Shown piece after piece: positions 10,201 to 19,708 of a stretch of 64,000 bases of DNA (position 1 is the stretch's first letter; every line of letters starts with the position of its first letter). This stretch comes from Bacteroidaceae bacterium (lineage in GTDB: Bacteria; Bacteroidota; Bacteroidia; Bacteroidales; Bacteroidaceae): assembly GCA_016291905.1 (NCBI GenBank), contig JAEEZS010000067.1, forward strand, positions 7,926-71,925, given 5' to 3'. The translations under genes were made by a program, and so were the position numbers. Under the pieces are notes generated by a model. The model had not been told where the DNA came from, did no database searches, and saw only the letters and a program-made list of their open reading frames with translations.

Positions 10201-13200
10201 ATTTCAGTAAAAATGTTATCATCATTAATTTGGATATCTACGATTTGAGTATGAATGAAGAGCTGTGGTTTACTGCCGTCGGCAGGCGAGGCAAGCGATC
10301 GGAGATAGTCCAACATCCTTTGCGTAAAGGCGGGGATATTATGGTAAAGAGGATTTTGTCCCAATCGGATGTTGGGGGAATTGATATCGGTAATGTCGGG
10401 ATTCATGAAACGGAAGCACCTAACCGCATCGTAAAGATAGAGTCTTTTCTCATAGCCATCTTCCATATAGGTTATATATTGTTGCCTGTAGTTCTCTACG
10501 GTAGCAGGGACGCCATCAGGATTCTCTTCCGACTTGGGAAGTCCCATCCACCAGTCAAAATAGACATCATGCATAAGGACATAATCGCCAGGATGATGAA
10601 CACCATCTTCATCTTCATAGCCATCTGTTCTAGTATAACCTGCTAACTCCATGGCAAAGGTCTGAGTGGTATACGAACAGAACTCTAAATCGTCAATGGA
10701 AATACCACCGATAGTACCCAAAATCTCTATTTTAGGAGCAAACCAGAGGATGGAACGGTTGGAGCACTCGTTGAGTACGTTGTAATATATGTCGTAAAAA
10801 TCTATTGTTCCGATTTCGCCTTCGGTCATTGGCGTGTCGCGTACTGTTGTCAAGAGCGCATAGTTGTGGTAAAAGTCCCACTTGAAAGCACCCATGTAGC
10901 CATTGAAAAAGAGCCTTCGCTTACCGTTGTCTGTCATCCGATAGACAGTGTGCAGGGTATCCAGCGCCATCTCTGCAAATGAAAATTCTGGATGGTCATT
11001 ATAGAAACTGCTCCACTGAAAATTGCCAAAGATAACCTTGTTTTCGAGAGTGTCTCTGAGCATTGACTCGGAAAACGCCGTGTGGTAGATTGTACGATAA
11101 TCATCCCAATCGTAGATACCGGTGTTAATGTTTTCCTGTAGTTCGTGTGCAGTAACATTGATGCCCATATCTGCCAATCCCTCCTTGAACTTCAGCAAGA
11201 AGTTATCCCAATCAAGATAAACAAAGGAGAGATAGCCTGCTTCAGCCTCTTCTTGAGTCTCAGCTTCGGGTGTACCTGTCGATGTAAGCAATGCGTCGAA
11301 ATCAGTCTCAAGTTGCACCACTTCGAGATCGCCACCGCAAAGCGGGGTGGTCATCTCAGGGCCTACACTCGGCAATTTGGCATATACCCAAACGTCATCC
11401 AGAAAGTAGTCACCGCCCGATGTGGATTCGCAGTTGTTCTCAATACGTAGCTCATAGGAAACACAAGGGTCTTTGAGGATAAATTCAAAATAGAATTGTT
11501 GCCAACAGTATTCTCCAGAAGAATCCGTTAAGGTGCCGGGAGCATCGTTATATTTTCTATAGTATCTGCCTATCTGACCAGGACAGAAAGCGTAAATCTC
11601 AACCTCTTCTCCATTGGGCTTCGTTCCGATGACTTTCAGGATTACACTTCCTGGCATATTATTAGAGAATTTGTTATCTGTGATGCTGGTCATCCAACCA
11701 GAGCACATCATTTTAGTACCCATACAAAATGTACCTTGGAACGGTACGGAACCTACCGTGCCAGGCAAGTCAGAGGCATCAATATAAAGGAAACCAGATT
11801 CCAGATTTGCATCTAAGACTACACCAGTCTTTCGACTTACAGGATAGACTTTCAGTGCTTGACCCGATTCTTTTCCAATGCCATACTCACCCCAAACACA
11901 CCAGTTATATACATTGTCAACGGCAAATGGAGCATAGCCATAACTTGTATGTTTATAGGAAAGTGGCAAGGCTGAACTTTGAGGGAAAGCGGTGTTGGCA
12001 GCTGCTCCGCCGTTACCATGATACTTCGTTTGACCTTTAGGTGGATTCCTGAATGACTGGTTCTTGGGGTAGTCAAAATCGATATGGGCTACAGGATTGT
12101 TGCCTGATATTGTATGAAGTCCCTGAGGAGACCTTTTTTTGTTAAGGTCAGGATCGGCATTCGGACCGACAATATCCATCCATGGTAACACTTCAGAATC
12201 GCCGTCGAAAAACAATGTAAAGCGGGCCAGATTATATTTCCGTGCATCTGCAGCGGTGCCTTCGCGGGCATATACGCGGATTTCCATCTTTGAACCTGCA
12301 GGCACCTGACCACCCGTGGGATAAGAAAACTTGACCATACGGCGGCGAAGAAAGGTGGTATTCGTGATGTTTGAATAGCTGTTGGTCCTGTCTGAAGTTG
12401 GAGCTGGAATCAGGTCAATGCCACCAAACCCGAGATTCGTTCCATCAGGATAATAAAACTCGTAAGTGATATATTGTGATGCTGAAATATTCTGCAGATT
12501 GCCTTCTGCTTCTACCCCTCCACGATAGAACCAGTAGTCTTGCAATTCTAGATTCAAGGAAACATGGTCGTCACGCAACCCAATCGTCTTATTGGGGAAA
12601 TGGATAGTATGTTCTTCTAACCATTCATCGCCACCATACGTCTTTGACGTAAGCTGTCGAGCCATCACGTTAGCATCAATAAGTTTGAAATGATGACGAA
12701 TGGTGAGAGAGGGTTCAGTTAAATTGCCGGAGGCCTGAGCCGTTGTTCCATTTTGGGCATAGCTCATATCACTATAACGGGAAATATCACCACCTATTTC
12801 AAGACTCTCCATATTTTGGGGTAGTCTGCAAAGAAGAGAGGTTGAAACGGGTACTGTTCCATTGCTGAGATTTCGACCAGTGTCGTTATTGTACAACCTT
12901 TCGCCCATTACAAGCCCATTGCTGTAAACATACGCCTTAAATTCGGGAGCATAGTATTCTTCAGGCAAAGGTAATTCATTTCCGTTGGCATCATAGTAGT
13001 ACCAGCGTTGATAGTATTTATGATCCGAAGTGGAGGTGTTCTGTTTTGTTGTGAGAAACAAAGGAGCCCATGTTCCTTTTTTTACATAGCGGGTAGTATA
13101 GTAATCCGAAGTGTTCTGGACCTGTTTGCCATATTCATTGGTTTTCCAACCTTCGTTTTTCTGCAAAAACTCCTGAGGGAATGAGACGGTCATAGCGTCG

Positions 13201-13376
13201 GCTCTGTCGGCTAGAAACGACTGCTTATGCACGACTTTCAAGGATTGCGTGTTCTTGATGTAATTTGTAGAATTAAATGTTTGTGCCTCTACTTTGCTGT
13301 ATACCGCCACACCTGCTAGGAGCAGAATGGCTATGCGATGGAAGAGGCTATTGGAATAGTATTTCGTTTTCATCAT
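7233..13376 (-). CDS. Giant (2047 aa) secreted protein with a T9SS C-terminal sorting domain; Mfa5-like candidate pilus tip or adhesin cargo
   Basis: The ORF has a signal peptide (LFHRIAILLLAGVAVYSKVEAQ). The C-terminal ~75 aa (ITVSSATNQPITEVRVYDAGGRQVYAATPNSAEHHFSLSGGTYVVRAQTDSTQQTKKV) fit the T9SS type A CTD pattern. It lies last in a type V pilus operon unit. Confidence 0.85.
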   Translation of the reverse strand: MMKTKYYSNSLFHRIAILLLAGVAVYSKVEAQTFNSTNYIKNTQSLKVVHKQSFLADRADAMTVSFPQEFLQKNEGWKTNEYGKQVQNTSDYYTTRYVKKGTWAPLFLTTKQNTSTSDHKYYQRWYYYDANGNELPLPEEYYAPEFKAYVYSNGLVMGERLYNNDTGRNLSNGTVPVSTSLLCRLPQNMESLEIGGDISRYSDMSYAQNGTTAQASGNLTEPSLTIRHHFKLIDANVMARQLTSKTYGGDEWLEEHTIHFPNKTIGLRDDHVSLNLELQDYWFYRGGVEAEGNLQNISASQYITYEFYYPDGTNLGFGGIDLIPAPTSDRTNSYSNITNTTFLRRRMVKFSYPTGGQVPAGSKMEIRVYAREGTAADARKYNLARFTLFFDGDSEVLPWMDIVGPNADPDLNKKRSPQGLHTISGNNPVAHIDFDYPKNQSFRNPPKGQTKYHGNGGAAANTAFPQSSALPLSYKHTSYGYAPFAVDNVYNWCVWGEYGIGKESGQALKVYPVSRKTGVVLDANLESGFLYIDASDLPGTVGSVPFQGTFCMGTKMMCSGWMTSITDNKFSNNMPGSVILKVIGTKPNGEEVEIYAFCPGQIGRYYRKYNDAPGTLTDSSGEYCWQQFYFEFILKDPCVSYELRIENNCESTSGGDYFLDDVWVYAKLPSVGPEMTTPLCGGDLEVVQLETDFDALLTSTGTPEAETQEEAEAGYLSFVYLDWDNFLLKFKEGLADMGINVTAHELQENINTGIYDWDDYRTIYHTAFSESMLRDTLENKVIFGNFQWSSFYNDHPEFSFAEMALDTLHTVYRMTDNGKRRLFFNGYMGAFKWDFYHNYALLTTVRDTPMTEGEIGTIDFYDIYYNVLNECSNRSILWFAPKIEILGTIGGISIDDLEFCSYTTQTFAMELAGYTRTDGYEDEDGVHHPGDYVLMHDVYFDWWMGLPKSEENPDGVPATVENYRQQYITYMEDGYEKRLYLYDAVRCFRFMNPDITDINSPNIRLGQNPLYHNIPAFTQRMLDYLRSLASPADGSKPQLFIHTQIVDIQINDDNIFTEIYLGDTIQYVKFVAIPIEANLNEGVTDFVYICAEPQPFKVKVGEHAPHMEVGFSEKHYPSNLGTLSIRISKSQFEKLVDHEDGKGFSELHIPLRSIDVVIPQSVGVINSNSDNLKYVRIANSTDALMQEYIMDNIIFDENNSWPPVCGVVDYLVAKQDNYWPTPSNYAYPNEQRMLKIHFNKDFQVREGYSYTLRYYYIEDLNEGFSIACNGNADIIIKIVPDYEVWTGGADNTDWSNDENWRRADYDELYADNGTTLKNNYLPNGKEGDDPETTNFVTAADRERMQGFAPLYCTNILMMTDERKASALLYDDGDEEINGELTGFPALRNTSSPLIRYDFQAHEWDRTTMSVEGSGVSTNFRANGDMITELYSTNVCENIAFQSETELVKAHLLNYSKAWVEFALPKNKWHLVCSPLQSTISGEWYAPTWSGRQETTYFEPINFDVTDHIAMTGISGAYPAGLDYDRFAPAVYQRQWDKAKAVLYERGAVWSADDADQYHNLGEEQEGDWSSSGQGFEWDSSNADEYLNRLVYKPFGLSKVNVAVRGSWSGAHNDHTVPYDNGGFSVMPINNLKAYNDEKIKTIFRMPKDDQYYDIWDWTKGYEIERRVRVYINDGRPMLDGATEANTVTLNNRGRLRSDFFAPDSTAEYEVTLKNEGEGSMGYFLAGNPFICGLDMQKFFAKNADVVYPYYLVMKDSDIDPKDSSLNPNGAEWKWTDMNFAYYEGSGNTVVPPRYAFFLKKKGEENMNQLTLKFTADMMVHSPRTTTTTEDPDPQGGGAPGLRIKAERDGDISEALVMISHDASNKFLPEEDLETFVVSDISSSIPVIYTLTGRLATSINRIHDFRVLPIGIESNSNKLAIVTFDGVESLGDDLMIYDAKTEELLPLKSGMKVRMPGRTQNRFFIVKGENLQEAIDESNLQIFASDGSITVSSATNQPITEVRVYDAGGRQVYAATPNSAEHHFSLSGGTYVVRAQTDSTQQTKKVHN

Positions 13377-13389
13377 TTAGAATACGCTA

Positions 13390-15000
13390 TTAGTTTTTCT
13401 CATAGATATTATAGTTGAACTGGTAGGCAAAGCCATCCAGCTTGAGCTTTAGCGTGACCGTGACCATACCCACTGTTTTCGAGGGATCAGTGACATCAGT
13501 AGTCTTGCTGTTCGTTAGTTTGCCGACAATGTCGCCCGAGGGTAACTGAACAAATCGCTGTTCCAAAATGCCTAAGTCACCCGTGAGTACAATGCCCGTG
13601 CCTGTATCCGGATCAATGGACTCTGCTACGCTATTATGCGTAAGGGGCGTTGTCCATGCATACTGCTGAGTATCGGTTATCGTTTGTGCCACTGCCGGCT
13701 CTCCGTTTACAGTATAGGGCTCGGGCGGGAGCACGAAGGTGACGTCGCTGTCGTCGAAACCGCGCCACACGCCTTCGGGGTCGGCATTGTTGCGGAACAT
13801 TGGACGGAGGAAGATGTAACCGCCAGAATTGAAGGTAATGCTGAGTGCATCGGTGGAGAGCACGCGAGCCTGGAAGCCGGCAATAGGCGGGAAGGGGAGT
13901 GCTTCAATGCGGAATGTCCAGTCGGTGAACATGATGGGCAACTTGATCCAGTCGTTACGGCGGATATAGTTAAAGCCGTTGATGTTATCGCCTTCACCAT
14001 CCTCCTTTAGAGGGTCGAAACTCATCCCAGAAGTTTCGCTGTTTACTGTGAAACCATAGCGATAGTCGATAACATAATTATTTGGATCATCATCTTCATC
14101 ATCATCTTCTTCTGCATTGCGATAACGCCTTGCTTTAATTCGGATGGAGTATTGGTTCTCGGTAGATGTTGCAGAGGCGTTGGTCTCGTTGACATAGAAA
14201 GCCTTGGCAGTTTGGGATGTCGGAACTAACATAGTCGGAGTCATGGCTGGTAATTTGAGTGGATCATCTTCACGATTCACGGCAAATGACTCTGATTCGG
14301 TGGTAACGATATGTTCGGGATCCGTTGGTTCAAGGAGGCTGACATAATTGGTCTTAGTCAAGGGGGAAATCTCGTATCCGACGATGCCCATCCGTTGTTG
14401 TGAATTGTTGATGAAAGTAAGTTCAATCTTCGCCATAGTACGGATGAGTTCAATCTGGAACGTCTGGTTCTCGGCTTCATAAACCGTGACGCTTTGTCCG
14501 CCTGTATGACTGGTCATGGGAATGTTTCTCGTCCATCCGTTGGAGGTGGCAATTTTCATGGTCGTCAGATCGGGCAGGGCCGAGCCTTTTACGATACCCA
14601 ACGAGGAAAATGGCGTTCCGGGGATAGCGGGGTCTTCTCCATTTGCAGGAATGTCTTCAGGAAGGTTGGCGAAAGCATAGACGGTATAGTTCCCCGGGGG
14701 AAGCAGGAAACGGAATGTATCCTCTTCCTTGCCATTGGCATTGCCCTGGGCAATTTCTTCGACAATATTACTGCTGTTGACGAATACCACGTAGTAGTCG
14801 TGAATCAACTCTTCCGAGCGATTAGGATCGGGATCCAGCCAATCGCCGCTAGCGCGAGTGGCCTTATGGTAACGTGAAGTGAGACGTATCTCAACCTTCC
14901 CCATTCCTTCCGGGATGGAATTGTCATTTTCACTACAAGCGCTCAGCCCCAGTATGGTGGCGAGCGCAAGCAGACAGTATATGGTGATATTTCTTTTCAT
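13390..15000 (-). CDS. Type V pilin-like accessory lipoprotein
   Basis: 536-aa ORF with a lipoprotein signal (LGLSAC) and the YHKATRA propeptide motif. It is a paralog of 5362-6975 and carries an acidic insert (EEDDDEDDDPNN). Confidence 0.8.
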   Translation of the reverse strand: MKRNITIYCLLALATILGLSACSENDNSIPEGMGKVEIRLTSRYHKATRASGDWLDPDPNRSEELIHDYYVVFVNSSNIVEEIAQGNANGKEEDTFRFLLPPGNYTVYAFANLPEDIPANGEDPAIPGTPFSSLGIVKGSALPDLTTMKIATSNGWTRNIPMTSHTGGQSVTVYEAENQTFQIELIRTMAKIELTFINNSQQRMGIVGYEISPLTKTNYVSLLEPTDPEHIVTTESESFAVNREDDPLKLPAMTPTMLVPTSQTAKAFYVNETNASATSTENQYSIRIKARRYRNAEEDDDEDDDPNNYVIDYRYGFTVNSETSGMSFDPLKEDGEGDNINGFNYIRRNDWIKLPIMFTDWTFRIEALPFPPIAGFQARVLSTDALSITFNSGGYIFLRPMFRNNADPEGVWRGFDDSDVTFVLPPEPYTVNGEPAVAQTITDTQQYAWTTPLTHNSVAESIDPDTGTGIVLTGDLGILEQRFVQLPSGDIVGKLTNSKTTDVTDPSKTVGMVTVTLKLKLDGFAYQFNYNIYEKN

Positions 15001-15006
15001 ACTTGT

Positions 15007-16584
15007 TTAGACGTATATAATTGGATGCTCAACGGAAACCCATTTTTTGACGTAGATGCGTGCCTTCAGCTCCTCCGGATGACGAGGATCAGGCTCGGGA
15101 GTGCCGGGGCCTGTGGCGGCGTCGATGGAGAACCGATAGATGTTATTGCGCACGATACCGAACTCCATGGTATTGTGAACCACCTCCACTTTGTTGGAGT
15201 GGCGCATATAGACATAGTAGTAACATACACCGCCCTCATACTTCACCACTTTGCCGAAGTGACCCTTAGCGGTATTGGTGGCATAAGCATCGGCATCAAG
15301 CTTATTCTTGAAGTAAAGACGCTCGCTTTCGTCAATGGTCGGAGTGTTGAGTTCAACCATATAGAATGTCTCACCTAATGTATAGGTTCCCGTGGTTAAT
15401 GCATCGTTCTCTTTATCATAACTAATATAATAGTTATGTTTAGGAACAAAACGGCACTTCAGCTGCACGCCTGTAGTATATTCTGCAAAGGTGCAGGTGC
15501 GGTCGAAGGTGTTTTCATTGACATAGCCCAGAATCTGATTTTCTTTCGTCGGGTCAAGGTCAAAACGCGGTGTGGGTGTCGTGCCGAAGAGCGTTGTAAG
15601 CAGGGTGGTATTAGTGCGGTTGGCGTCAGTCTTTTGTGCAGAGTAGGGGTCGATGACATAGTTTGTGGCGACACCATTGGGGGTGGGAGTCTCGTCACCT
15701 AGATATGTTAGGTTTGTGCCATTAATATCGTTAGCCACACGTTTGATGAGATATGAGGGCTGAATGCTTCCGTTGACGATTTGCAACTCATCGAGATATA
15801 ACTCTGAAAGGAGGGTGCTCTCGCTGTTCTTTAATTGATAGACGAGGCTTTTACCGTCATTGGAAATGCGTGAGTAATTGTCTCGCTTAAAGTCGATGCG
15901 CGCTGCCAAACGCTCGATGGTTACATGCAGGCGTACGGGACTGTCAAGGGTTCCATAGCCATTATAATAGATAGCGTCGTTCTCGTTCGACATTACAAAA
16001 TTGCTGTATTGGGCAATTGTTTCTCCAGGTTCGAATGACTTTTCAGGCAGGAAGTCACGTAATACACCTAACGTAGTGACATTGGCAACAATATTACCCA
16101 CGTTGGCAGCTATGATGAAGCGAAGTTGACGCAGTCGCTCTTCGTTTTCAATGAATTCAGAAATGTTTTCTGTTCCTAGAGGTACGGCAACGTTGAATAC
16201 GTAGCTGAAAACATTTTTATTGACTCCTTTTAGAGGAATTTCCTCAAGGGATGTGGTAGCCGTCAATACTTCATCGTGATTAAAATAACGTGCAGCGACA
16301 AAAGACGTTGTAGCATCATCGTTGATATTGTTACCGTCCAACACGAAGAGGCAAAAATCATAAATGGAATTCTCATAGTCATATCCATACTCCCAGCCAT
16401 CGCCCTGCTCGCCTCCGTTGGGATTGGCGCGAGTGGCAGAATTGTTGCTTAAGTCAAGTGACAGCTGCACATAGAGACTATCGCCAAGCACCCTCTGTTC
16501 CGTGAGGTCTTCAATGCGTGAGTCTTTACATGCCGCCAAGCTCAGCAGCAGGAGAAGGATTGATATGTAGTGAAGCACTTTCAT
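15007..16584 (-). CDS. Mfa1-family (Fimbrillin_C-type) accessory pilin lipoprotein
   Basis: Lipoprotein signal LLLLSLAAC and an N-terminal SATRA cleavage motif. The C-terminal block GIVRNNIYRFSI...GPGTPEPDP...IYVKKWVSVE parallels GVLRNNWYKLTV...PEPVEPGPEPDD...IHVMPWTLRV of the neighbouring major pilin. Confidence 0.75.
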   Translation of the reverse strand: MKVLHYISILLLLLSLAACKDSRIEDLTEQRVLGDSLYVQLSLDLSNNSATRANPNGGEQGDGWEYGYDYENSIYDFCLFVLDGNNINDDATTSFVAARYFNHDEVLTATTSLEEIPLKGVNKNVFSYVFNVAVPLGTENISEFIENEERLRQLRFIIAANVGNIVANVTTLGVLRDFLPEKSFEPGETIAQYSNFVMSNENDAIYYNGYGTLDSPVRLHVTIERLAARIDFKRDNYSRISNDGKSLVYQLKNSESTLLSELYLDELQIVNGSIQPSYLIKRVANDINGTNLTYLGDETPTPNGVATNYVIDPYSAQKTDANRTNTTLLTTLFGTTPTPRFDLDPTKENQILGYVNENTFDRTCTFAEYTTGVQLKCRFVPKHNYYISYDKENDALTTGTYTLGETFYMVELNTPTIDESERLYFKNKLDADAYATNTAKGHFGKVVKYEGGVCYYYVYMRHSNKVEVVHNTMEFGIVRNNIYRFSIDAATGPGTPEPDPRHPEELKARIYVKKWVSVEHPIIYV

Positions 16585-16611
16585 GCTTTCGTTTCGTTCG
16601 TATCTTACTTA

Positions 16612-17766
16612 CTAATTAAGTTCAACATTCTGGAAGCGTTGTGTCCAGGGAAGCGTATGTATGCCCAGACTTAGGTACTCCCATTTATCGCCTACGAGGA
16701 TGAAGTCGAGGCGATAATCGTAGGCGCGATCAAGAAATCCCTGAGCCGTGTAGATATAGCGTTCTACAGCGCCGCGCCCTTGCTTGAGGATTTCGGGCAG
16801 GTTGATGGCTGCCACCGTCTTGTTGTCGGGACGATGGACGATGTAAAGCATAGCAGGAGCCACCGTACTGTTGCCAGAGCGCAGCATCAGACGGTTGAAG
16901 TCGATGTCGGCATGTGCGGTTTCTTCAACGGCATTGTCGTTGGAAGGCCGCTGGTCGTAGCTCTGGCCAGTGGTTCCGCTGTAATAGGTGTTCCATTCGT
17001 CGAACGGACGATAGGTGATAGTGGGTGTGCCGACGGTATCGACGGAATTATCCCACAAAAGCCGACCATTGATGTCAACAATGCGGATGTCGTAGTCGGC
17101 AATATCGCAATGGGCAGGGTCGTCGCTCTGTCGGAGCGAGATATGTAGGCGTTTGGTGTCGCGCACAAGGCTGACAATACATTTTGTCAGTTCGTATTTG
17201 TGGACGCTGACGGTCTGTGCGTCGACGAGCACGTCTTCTTCAGCGGCACGGGTGGGGTTCAGCGTATATTGTGCAGAACGCAAGGTGCCGTGCCAGAGGG
17301 TGTCAAGTTGTTGGGCGATTTGTGTGGCGGCTTGTGCGCCAGGTTGTGTGGCGAGTGTGACATTGAGGTCTGTCATAGGGCCATTTTCTCCGTCACGTAG
17401 GTAACGTACACCAGAAAGCTGGCTGATATCGGCGTACTGACGCTGGTTAGCCAGCGCCAGTAGCCGATATTCACCGGGCTGCAGTCCAACGACGGTCATG
17501 CGATAGTTCGGGTCGCGTAGGGGCTTGGCCGAGGAGGTGTTATCCTCGGTCTGCGTGCGCACCAGCTGGCCAGCCTCGTCGTAGACGTAGAGCGTGATGC
17601 TGCCCACATGGTCATTAAACATGTTGGCTCTTTCCACGTTATAGTCGTAAACAAACTCCACGCTGAGTCCCTGCGGACAGTCTTCAAGGCTGTCGGACAT
17701 CAGGGAGCAGGCCGTCAGGCTGGCGCAGGCTGCTATTGCTATGAATGTCTTATAAATGAACTGCAT
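16612..17766 (-). CDS. FimB/Mfa2-family fimbrial anchor or length-regulator lipoprotein
   Basis: Lipoprotein signal (ACASLTAC). It has Mfa2-like N-terminal features (EDCPQGLSVEFVYDYN...ITLYVYDEAGQLV) and sits directly after the major pilin gene. Confidence 0.7.
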   Translation of the reverse strand: MQFIYKTFIAIAACASLTACSLMSDSLEDCPQGLSVEFVYDYNVERANMFNDHVGSITLYVYDEAGQLVRTQTEDNTSSAKPLRDPNYRMTVVGLQPGEYRLLALANQRQYADISQLSGVRYLRDGENGPMTDLNVTLATQPGAQAATQIAQQLDTLWHGTLRSAQYTLNPTRAAEEDVLVDAQTVSVHKYELTKCIVSLVRDTKRLHISLRQSDDPAHCDIADYDIRIVDINGRLLWDNSVDTVGTPTITYRPFDEWNTYYSGTTGQSYDQRPSNDNAVEETAHADIDFNRLMLRSGNSTVAPAMLYIVHRPDNKTVAAINLPEILKQGRGAVERYIYTAQGFLDRAYDYRLDFILVGDKWEYLSLGIHTLPWTQRFQNVELN

Positions 17767-17819
17767 CTGTTTTACTTTCTAATGATTTTTTTGCAAATAG
17801 TTGGTCTAAATGCGAGAGA

Positions 17820-19649
17820 TCAGAGCTTGTAATTATCCTGAACACGGAGAGTCCAAGGCATTACGTGGATCTTCACGCTGATGTACTTGTCAACCTCGTC
17901 GTCGGGTTCGGGACCGGGTTCAACGGGTTCGGGCTTGCCGATGTGGCGGATGCCGGTGACAGTCAGCTTGTACCAGTTGTTGCGGAGAACGCCCCAACGA
18001 CCCAGATAATAGGCGGCACGATTTGTCACAGGATAGGTGTCGTTATATGCGGCACTCTGCTTGTTGACGGCATCCCACGGAGTCTCGTCGTTGGAAAAGT
18101 GCTGGATGGGTACATAGTAGTAAGCCATACCTTGAGGATAAACATAAATGGGCGAATTTGTCATCGTTTCCTCATACTTATCTTGTACATCAGTGAAGTC
18201 TACAGTAGCGGTACCGTTGTAATCAATGGCTACTTCAACATCCTCCAATTCAGTCTCTGTTAGGGTCACATCAATATCGTCTCTACCAATCCAAACACCA
18301 ATCTCTGTGTGGACAGCAGTTCGGAATGTTTCCCAAGCCGGCAGTCCAAGTACGATATTTTTGATGTGAGTTTTGACTCCAGCTTCGTCGTAAATGAAAT
18401 CAGTACCAGTTGTGCCAGGAAGGGTGTAGAACTTGTTTCCTCCATTCAGTTTAACGCCAACAGCCACATATGTAGTGTTCCGGTGTGTCATCAGGGTCTC
18501 GTCCATGGTGTTTTCGGTGGTGTACATAATATCACCCGTTTTCTTTGTATAGGCTGTGGTTGAGGGAACTCCATTGTCTAATAATTTGCCCGTTGTGTTG
18601 TCAACACCATAGTTCGGGTCCATACCCCAATAGGTGCGCCATACGCCGGAGTGTATAGGAGTATAGCCTACGAAGCGATATTTATAGTTTGCGCCAGGAG
18701 CGGCTTCTTGCGTTGCAGGAATTCCTTCACCAGGAGCATAAAGTTCCAGCCATGTGCTGTTGAACTGACGGCCAATGAAGAAGGTCTTGTTCGTGTTGCC
18801 AAGAGTCCATACAAATGACGTGGCATCGAAAGTCACATCAGTATTGCCCTCAATGGTTGTCGTTGAGGGGAAGTTCGTTGTTACTTCCACTTTGACGGCG
18901 GAGCGGCCTACGTACACTTCAGCAGCGGGGTTGCTGCGGGCCATTTCGCGGGTATTGTAGATTTTCGACTTGTCAAGTTTTGCAAGAGCGGTAACCTTTG
19001 CACCCTTCGGGTTTTCCGAGCCACCCTGCTTGTCGCTGTTGGGAGCGCTGGTCATCAGCATATTGCCCAGTTCGCCAATTCTTTGTGCAGCAAGTTCATA
19101 CTGTGTGAATTGTTCAAAAGTGACACTACCTGGCGTGAGTGGTTCGGTTGCGGTCTCGGTAACATTGTCACCTGCCACAGTAGCTTTTTTGACCGTCAGA
19201 GTCTGGTTAGCGGCATTCACATAGAACAGATTTTCAGTCTTACCATTAATGATGACATAAGCGTAGACTTCGTCAGTCGACTGTTCTTCCTTCTGCTGGA
19301 GCAGAGCTGTGAGACGAGCCTCGGTGGTACAGCCGTCGGTCGTGGTTTCATCAGTTTCGAAGGGCGTCGTATCCAGTTCGTAAGCGCTTTGGAATTTGGC
19401 GGAGGCCTCATCGGTTCCGGCGAAGATTACAAGGATTGCATCTTTCACTTGGTACTCTTCTGCAAGACCATCGTCCCAGTCATCGTTCGCACGGGTGCTG
19501 GAGGGAGTGGTGGGCAACATGATGTTGAAGGCAACGTAGCCCTCGCCGGTAGGACCATAAGGGCTATTGACTTTAACATCATCATTACTGCTGCAGGAAG
19601 CCAGTATGCAGGCCGCTACAGCCATCATGGAAAAAAAGAATTTTTTCAT
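17820..19649 (-). CDS. Mfa1-family major fimbrial subunit
   Basis: 609 aa with lipoprotein signal AACILASCSS, propeptide motif PSSTRAND and a Fimbrillin_C-like C-terminus. Confidence 0.75.
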   Translation of the reverse strand: MKKFFFSMMAVAACILASCSSNDDVKVNSPYGPTGEGYVAFNIMLPTTPSSTRANDDWDDGLAEEYQVKDAILVIFAGTDEASAKFQSAYELDTTPFETDETTTDGCTTEARLTALLQQKEEQSTDEVYAYVIINGKTENLFYVNAANQTLTVKKATVAGDNVTETATEPLTPGSVTFEQFTQYELAAQRIGELGNMLMTSAPNSDKQGGSENPKGAKVTALAKLDKSKIYNTREMARSNPAAEVYVGRSAVKVEVTTNFPSTTTIEGNTDVTFDATSFVWTLGNTNKTFFIGRQFNSTWLELYAPGEGIPATQEAAPGANYKYRFVGYTPIHSGVWRTYWGMDPNYGVDNTTGKLLDNGVPSTTAYTKKTGDIMYTTENTMDETLMTHRNTTYVAVGVKLNGGNKFYTLPGTTGTDFIYDEAGVKTHIKNIVLGLPAWETFRTAVHTEIGVWIGRDDIDVTLTETELEDVEVAIDYNGTATVDFTDVQDKYEETMTNSPIYVYPQGMAYYYVPIQHFSNDETPWDAVNKQSAAYNDTYPVTNRAAYYLGRWGVLRNNWYKLTVTGIRHIGKPEPVEPGPEPDDEVDKYISVKIHVMPWTLRVQDNYKL

Positions 19650-19708
19650 AATTTTTGATGATTAAAAAATAAATAATTAAAATGTTTAACTCTATATTCT
19701 ATTCACAA